Part shown: positions 58,588 through 64,000 of the stretch, piece by piece | How positions within the stretch are numbered: position 1 is the first letter of the stretch | How the letters are laid out: each line of letters begins with the position of its first letter | Position numbers and translations under genes: made by a program | NCBI GenBank assembly: GCA_965242865.1 | Contig: CBDETK010000013.1 | Location: forward strand, 5,184,001 to 5,248,000 | Direction: 5' to 3' | DNA length: 64,000 nt | Source of the DNA: Candidatus Latescibacterota bacterium | GTDB taxonomy: Bacteria > Latescibacterota > UBA2968 > UBA8231 | The notes under the pieces: model-generated | Databases searched by the model: none | Seen by the model: only the letters and a program-made list of their open reading frames with translations | What the model was told of the DNA's origin: nothing

Positions 58588-59624
58588 GGCTCGACCCAAG
58601 CACCCAAGGCCGGTTCGTACGGTGCGCGGGCGACGCCCTTTTCCGAGATGATCGCCGACACCAAGTCGGCGGGGGTGACGTCAAAGGCCGGGTTGTACAC
58701 CGGCACGGCGGCGGGTGCGGTGGGCTTGCCCAAGCCTTGGCGGACCTCGGCCGGGTCGCGCTTTTCAATGGGGATTTCCGCGCCCGAGGCCAAGGCCATA
58801 TCGAGGGTCGAGACCGGGGCGGCCACGTAAAAAGGGACGCGGTGCTCGCGGGCGAGGATGGCCAGCCCGTAGGTGCCTATTTTGTTGGCCACGTCGCCGT
58901 TTTTGGCGATGCGATCGGCCCCCACGATACAGCAGTCAATCGCCTCGCTGCGCAGGACGGCCGCGGCCGCATTGTCGCAGATGACCTTGACGTCGATGCC
59001 GCTCTGCATTAGCTCCCACGCGGTCAGCCGCGAACCTTGCAGCAAGGGGCGGGTTTCGTCGGCAAACACGGCGACTTTCTTGCCGGCCTCTTGAGCGGCA
59101 TAGACTACGCCCAAGGCCGTGCCGTAGTCGGCCGTGGCCAAGCCGCCGGCATTGCAGTGCGTAATGACTTGGCTGCCATCGCGCAAGAGGGCTGCGCCGT
59201 GGACGCCGATCTGGCGACAGATTTGGCGGTCTTGCTCAAAGAGGCGATGCGCGGCCGCGAGCAGGGCGTCGCAGATGGCGCGGTTGTCGCGCCCGGGATT
59301 CGCCGCCAGCACCGCCTGCATCTGATCTAAGGCCCAGAACAGGTTGACCGCGGTGGGCCGGGTGCGGGCGAGGCGGGCGATGGCCCCTTCCACGCGCCGA
59401 CAAAAGGCCGCGGGGGCGCAATCAACCGCGGCCTGAGCGCCGACCACGACGCCATACGCCGCGGCCAACCCAATGGCCGGGGCGCCGCGCACCACCAGCC
59501 CTTCAATGGCGCGGGCAATACCTTCGACTTGGCGATAGGGCGCGTACACCACCTCTTCGGGCAAGCGAGTTTGATCGAGCAGGATCAGCGCACCGTCCTG
59601 CCATCGGATCGTTTGCATCGGCAT
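58584..59624 (-). CDS. mtnA: Methylthioribose-1-phosphate isomerase
   Basis: LDQTRLP, VRGAPAIG, RPTAVNL, THCNAG, ETRPLLQG, VGADRI, NKIGT, NPAFDVTP. Confidence 0.96.
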   Translation of the reverse strand: MPMQTIRWQDGALILLDQTRLPEEVVYAPYRQVEGIARAIEGLVVRGAPAIGLAAAYGVVVGAQAAVDCAPAAFCRRVEGAIARLARTRPTAVNLFWALDQMQAVLAANPGRDNRAICDALLAAAHRLFEQDRQICRQIGVHGAALLRDGSQVITHCNAGGLATADYGTALGVVYAAQEAGKKVAVFADETRPLLQGSRLTAWELMQSGIDVKVICDNAAAAVLRSEAIDCCIVGADRIAKNGDVANKIGTYGLAILAREHRVPFYVAAPVSTLDMALASGAEIPIEKRDPAEVRQGLGKPTAPAAVPVYNPAFDVTPADLVSAIISEKGVARAPYEPALGAWVEP

Positions 59625-59628
59625 TGCG

Positions 59629-60024
59629 TTAGAAGGTCGAAAACTCAAGGGACGGTTCGGCCGCTTCCTCGGGCGCGTCTAGCGCGGCAAAGTCCGTGCG
59701 TTGCGCGTCGCCCCACAGCCGCTCTAGGGCGTAGAAGTCGCGGGCCTCCGCGCGAAAGATGTGGACGACGAAATCGACGTAGTCGAGCAAAACCCAGCGC
59801 TGGGCATCTGTGCCCTCAATGTGCCACGGCTTTTCGCCCAGCTCGGCGAGTTGGTCCCGCACGGCATCGACGAGGCTGCGGATGTGCTGTTCAGAGGTGC
59901 TCGTGCAGATCAGGAAGTAGTCGCAGGTATCGGTTATGGCGCGCAGATCCAGCAAGGTGATTGCGAGGGCCTTTTTATCGCGTAAAATTTCTACGGCGCG
60001 GGCGATGCGCGGCTCTGGGGTCAT
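59629..60024 (-). CDS. rsfS: Ribosome silencing factor
   Basis: DKKA..I..LD, DYFLICT, WVLLDY.DFVVHIF..R.FY.LERLW. Confidence 0.96.
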   Translation of the reverse strand: MTPEPRIARAVEILRDKKALAITLLDLRAITDTCDYFLICTSTSEQHIRSLVDAVRDQLAELGEKPWHIEGTDAQRWVLLDYVDFVVHIFRAEARDFYALERLWGDAQRTDFAALDAPEEAAEPSLEFSTF

Positions 60025-60042
60025 GGGCAGGTTCTCGGGGCG

Positions 60043-60504
60043 TTACGGGGCCGGGTCGAGCAGGCCAATGCGGCGATAGTCGCGCCCGATGATAATGGAG
60101 ACGCTCGCCAAGCTGAATTGGTCTCTCTGCTGCTGAATAAAATGGGGGATCCCCAAGACATCCGCCACTTGCCGGGCTTGCTCAATATCGCCGTCCAAAT
60201 CGACGACGAGGGTGTGCAGGTAATTGAAGCTCGATGCATTGCCTTCGTGAATCACGTCTAGCCCGAGGGCGCGTGCCTTTTTGCGGAGGCGGGCAGCGAT
60301 TTGCGATTCGCCGCCGCCGTTGAGGATTTCGACCCGAATGGGGCTGATCTGGGGAGTGGTTTCCGGCTTGGGAACTTCCCGTTGGAGCGTTGGCTGGGGA
60401 GGCGCGGCCGGCGGCCAGAAAGCCGCTTTGAGGAGCAGGGCTATGGCCACAACGGCCAGCCCCCATAAAATTAACTCCTGCCTGTTGGGGGTTTCTCGTT
60501 CCAT
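60043..60504 (-). CDS. LytR C-terminal domain membrane protein
   Basis: TM, then IRVEILNGGG..GNA..IIIGRDY. Confidence 0.85.
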   Translation of the reverse strand: MERETPNRQELILWGLAVVAIALLLKAAFWPPAAPPQPTLQREVPKPETTPQISPIRVEILNGGGESQIAARLRKKARALGLDVIHEGNASSFNYLHTLVVDLDGDIEQARQVADVLGIPHFIQQQRDQFSLASVSIIIGRDYRRIGLLDPAP

Positions 60505-60575
60505 CGCTCCAACGTCCTTCAAATGAATAGAAAACGGCAAGTTACGTCAAGCAAACAAAGAACAAAGGAGAAAAC

Positions 60576-61529
60576 ATGGAGCTCCTGCGCGAACAAGACT
60601 TTGCCCACCGCTTGTCCACGGCTGATTTTCTCGCGGCCTGTCGCCAAGCCTTCGAGCAGTATGGCGCGGGGGTCATCGCCAATCCTCCGCGCACCGAGTC
60701 CATCCAAAAGCGCGGGCCCCTCGATTGCTTTCGCTTGGACATGCCGGCCGAGTGGCCGGGGAAGTTTCGCGTACGCAAGATCATCGAAGAGCGTTCAGAC
60801 GTGGCGACCGGGCGGCTGGCCCAGCGGGAGGCGTATATCGCATTTGAAGATCTGCAACGGGGCCGGGCGTGGCGGCTAGAGGCCGGGCACATCACGGACC
60901 AGCGCACCGGCGCGGCCGGGGCACTGGGGCTCCAGTACCTAGCGGGCGCGACGGCTATTGAGCGAATCGCGATTTTGGGGACCGGCCGGATTGCGCGGAC
61001 CTTGGCCCTATCCTGCGACGCGCTCTTTGATCTGGCCGAGATCGCCTGCACGAGCCGCCGGGCGGCGAACCGGGCGGAGTTCGCCAAAGCGGTCGGGCCG
61101 GCCCTGCGCGCGCCCCTGCGGGTGGTCGCGTCGCTAGAGTCGTGTATGGCCGGGGCCGACGCCGTGCTGACGGCCGTGCCGACGCCCCAGCCCATTTTGA
61201 CCACGGCGGGGCTGGCCCAAGTCCCGTACCTCGCGGTCATCGCCGGAGACAGCCGCACGCGCCAACTCGCGCCGGAAGTGCTCTCTGAGCGCACGGTGGT
61301 CGTCGATGTGCTCGCCCAAGCCCAGCGGTCCGGGGAGTTCCGCTTTGCGGCCGAGCAGGGCCGCGCCGAGCACATCGCCTTGGCGCGCAACCCCGAGGGC
61401 GCGGTGCTGGACATCGGTGACGCGGCCTGTGGACGAATAGGCGCGGTCGCGCCGAGCGCGGTCTATCTGACGGGAATGGGTGCGCAGGACTTGTGCGCCG
61501 CGGCCATGGTGTGCCGCCTGCTCACTTGA
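60576..61529 (+). CDS. Ornithine cyclodeaminase/mu-crystallin-like protein (divergent)
   Basis: ITDQRTGAAGA, ILGTGRIA, LTGMGAQDL; AAGGAG SD. Confidence 0.75.
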   Translation: MELLREQDFAHRLSTADFLAACRQAFEQYGAGVIANPPRTESIQKRGPLDCFRLDMPAEWPGKFRVRKIIEERSDVATGRLAQREAYIAFEDLQRGRAWRLEAGHITDQRTGAAGALGLQYLAGATAIERIAILGTGRIARTLALSCDALFDLAEIACTSRRAANRAEFAKAVGPALRAPLRVVASLESCMAGADAVLTAVPTPQPILTTAGLAQVPYLAVIAGDSRTRQLAPEVLSERTVVVDVLAQAQRSGEFRFAAEQGRAEHIALARNPEGAVLDIGDAACGRIGAVAPSAVYLTGMGAQDLCAAAMVCRLLT

Positions 61530-64000
61530 ACAACCCCGAGTACTTAAAGGTCATAATGTAGTCCTGCGAGCCTTTTTTTTTGGCGCGGGGGCGGCTGTCG
61601 TAAATATCCCAGCCAAAGCCAAAGAGAAACTGATCTTTGTAAAAGGAAACGGCCACGCCCAGCGAAATGGCCAGCGAGTTTTCGGTCGAAAGGGCTTCGA
61701 GGACATTGCCGATGGCCGTGAAATGGATGCCGGAAATCAATGGGTTATCCACGTTGTGCCAGCCGGCAAAGGCCAACCCGGGCAAGCCAATCAGGCGCTC
61801 GGTTTGGCCTTGGACCGCGTCGCCATTGCGGTCGGTATAATTGCGCCCGGGGCGGATCGTCAAAAAGGACACCAGCGGCTTGGCTTCAAATTCCCACTTC
61901 CAACCCCCGGCCTCCAAAAGCTGCGACACGGTCTGCGGCGGCCCCCCCGGGTAGCTGTGGGTCGTGATTTTGAGCCGCACTCGGCGATTGTCTTCTTCGG
62001 ACAGCCGCAAGTTGAGGTCCTCCACGAGGACGCGCTCGCCGCTCGCCTCGTAGATGGTGACCTGCTGCTTTTGGGTGCTGCCTTTTTTGGGGGCATAGTT
62101 TTCGTCGAGCAGGGTCCACTCCACGAGCATCTCGCGCCCGATTAGCGCACGCCGTAGCGAGTCGGAAATCGCAAAGGCCACCTCCACTTTGGTGCCGTCT
62201 TTTTGCACGACCGGGGTATTGTTCCAGCCGACCGCCAAGGGCTGGGGCTGCTCGCCGTGCGAGACCAAGACCTCGACAATTTGCGCCAAGTTGATGTCTG
62301 CGAGCACCCCGTGCCCCTTGTATTCGAGCGGCCGGGCGCGGTCTTTGACGTCGTTGCTGACCAACAAAACGCGCCCCCGGCGCTCGCCCAAGGCATCGGG
62401 CGCGAAAAAGAGCGCGAGGCGCGCGGACTCGCCCGGGGCCAAGGCGAATCGCGCCGGCACCACGTGGGCCTCCTCGCTTTGGGGATGCGCCTCAACTTGC
62501 AGCACGGTATCGCCGACGTTGGTGGCCACAAAGGTCCGTTCCGCCTGCTGCCCCAAGTCCACATAGCCAAAATCGACCAAGCCGGCCGGATGCAGATCAA
62601 TTTCGGCGGCCATGCCGCTGCCTTGGAGCAGGATGTCGAGCGTCGTCATCTCATGCGCGCCCAAGCCGTCTAAGCGCAAGGTCCCCGAAATCGCGCCGCG
62701 GGCCGACGGGCTGAAGGCGATGTGCAGCGGCAAGGTGCGCTGGCTGTGGGCCGGCAACAGGAACTTGTTGTCCTCGTCAATCGGGGTGTGGGCGGTAAAT
62801 TCGGGGCTCGTCGAGCGGAGCTGGTGCATCTCAAAGTCGGCGTTGCCCACATTGGCTATTTCGACGACTCGGCTGCTGCTTTGGCCGACGGCGACTCGAC
62901 CGAAATCAACGGTCGCCGGGCTGAGGGCCAAAAACTGGCCGACGCCCTGCAAGCGCACCGTCTGGCGCTGGGCTTCGACCTCGACGCGCAGGCCCGCTTG
63001 GCGCGGCCCGGCCTCTTTGGGCGAAAAACTCAGCGCGACTTGGGCGCTGGCCCCGGGCTGGACGAGGACCGAGGGCTGGACGAGACCGAATTCAACGCCC
63101 TCGTCCTCGACTAGGGCGATGTTCACCACGCCCGGCTGGCCGCCTCTGTTCCACAGCAGCAGATGCGCCTGCGCGGTCTCGCCGATGGGCACGCTGCCGA
63201 AGTCTAGGTCGTCATTGAGAATCTCGATGTGCGGCGGGCTGATTTGGCCGCGCCCCGCGAGGGGGATGGCGACCACCGCCGCCTGCGGGTCGCTGGTGTG
63301 CAAGCGCAGGACGCCGCGGTGGGGGCCTTCGCTCTGCGGCGCAAACGCCGCGCTCAGGTCGAGCCGCCCTGCGGGCGCCAAGGTGGCCGACGAGTCCGCG
63401 AACTCAAGGGCAAAGGCCGCGCCCTCCATGGCGGCGTTTTCGAGGTGCAACTCGGCTTGGCCCTGATTGAGGACGGTCACGCGGCGCGTCACACGCTGGC
63501 CCACCTCAACGGTGCCAAAGTCGAGACCCACTTGCGGGAGGGGCGAAAAGGCCGCTTGCGGCGCCAGCCCGCGCCCCCGCAGGGGGACGGACCAATCCCC
63601 CAACCCGGGCGCGGCTACCACGAATTCCGTCGCGGCCGGCCCCGCGTGGGTCGGAGTGAACGCAACGTCGATCCGCGCTTCCTCGCCGGGCGCCGGCCAA
63701 GGGCCGACGTCGCCCTCCAGCCGAAAGGGGCCTTGGGGGTCGGCCAAGGCCATCTGCCCGGCCGCCACGGGCGCGCGGCCGGTGTTTTTGACGACAATGG
63801 TCCCGGTCGCCGGTCGCCCGACCGGCACCGCGCCAAAATCCAGACCTTCGGCCGGCAAAAGCACTAGGGTCGGCACGACCGCGACCGCTTGGAGCGGCAC
63901 AATGAGATGCTCATCGGCGAATAGGGCGGCGACCTGTACGACCAGCTCGCCGGCATATTCCCCGGGCGCGGCCGCCCGGAAATGCACCTCCAAGCGGCGG
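61522..64000 (-). CDS. Large surface protein with tandem ASH/choice-of-anchor-D Ig-like domains, 5' end outside window
   Basis: Five ~100-aa repeats (L/V)DFG.V..G....N.G....F.P...G; distinct C-terminal beta-rich domain. Confidence 0.8.
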   Translation of the reverse strand, partial: RRLEVHFRAAAPGEYAGELVVQVAALFADEHLIVPLQAVAVVPTLVLLPAEGLDFGAVPVGRPATGTIVVKNTGRAPVAAGQMALADPQGPFRLEGDVGPWPAPGEEARIDVAFTPTHAGPAATEFVVAAPGLGDWSVPLRGRGLAPQAAFSPLPQVGLDFGTVEVGQRVTRRVTVLNQGQAELHLENAAMEGAAFALEFADSSATLAPAGRLDLSAAFAPQSEGPHRGVLRLHTSDPQAAVVAIPLAGRGQISPPHIEILNDDLDFGSVPIGETAQAHLLLWNRGGQPGVVNIALVEDEGVEFGLVQPSVLVQPGASAQVALSFSPKEAGPRQAGLRVEVEAQRQTVRLQGVGQFLALSPATVDFGRVAVGQSSSRVVEIANVGNADFEMHQLRSTSPEFTAHTPIDEDNKFLLPAHSQRTLPLHIAFSPSARGAISGTLRLDGLGAHEMTTLDILLQGSGMAAEIDLHPAGLVDFGYVDLGQQAERTFVATNVGDTVLQVEAHPQSEEAHVVPARFALAPGESARLALFFAPDALGERRGRVLLVSNDVKDRARPLEYKGHGVLADINLAQIVEVLVSHGEQPQPLAVGWNNTPVVQKDGTKVEVAFAISDSLRRALIGREMLVEWTLLDENYAPKKGSTQKQQVTIYEASGERVLVEDLNLRLSEEDNRRVRLKITTHSYPGGPPQTVSQLLEAGGWKWEFEAKPLVSFLTIRPGRNYTDRNGDAVQGQTERLIGLPGLAFAGWHNVDNPLISGIHFTAIGNVLEALSTENSLAISLGVAVSFYKDQFLFGFGWDIYDSRPRAKKKGSQDYIMTFKYSGLFK

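Noticed and set aside
1-64000. tRNA, rRNA, riboswitch, CRISPR array, prophage or integrase
   Set aside because: None recognisable by eye; a covariance-model search would be needed to exclude small RNAs

Overview
GC-rich (roughly 65%) chromosomal window from a diderm bacterium, probably FCB superphylum (PorV-like barrel, T9SS/FlgD-type C-terminal sorting domain); Latescibacterota-like and possibly host-associated is my inference. Housekeeping blocks: htpG end-proA, argR-argB-argD-argH, tilS-ftsH-folP-cdaA, lexA, era, purD-folB-folK-panC and rsfS-mtnA-SPOR-mltD-mreD-mrdA-rodA. Accessory segments: a sigma54-controlled HlyD/ABC exporter, a HigBA-like pair, IS630/IS982/IS1 debris, a Type IIG restriction-modification (RM) gene bracketed by composite REP-like repeats, and a eukaryote-type sterol Delta7-reductase. 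The best candidate for an undescribed system is a helicase-less Type ISP-like RM enzyme whose C-terminus carries an antitoxin-like tail (GAYESDRTDGSLNHDQIIYG), translationally coupled to an orphan PIN/VapC nuclease; this may be an RM enzyme that doubles as the antitoxin. Other points of interest are two enolase-superfamily paralogues coupled to argH and a window-wide shortage of CCWGG with an excess of its m5C-deamination products. All family calls come from motif recognition by eye, with no database searches.
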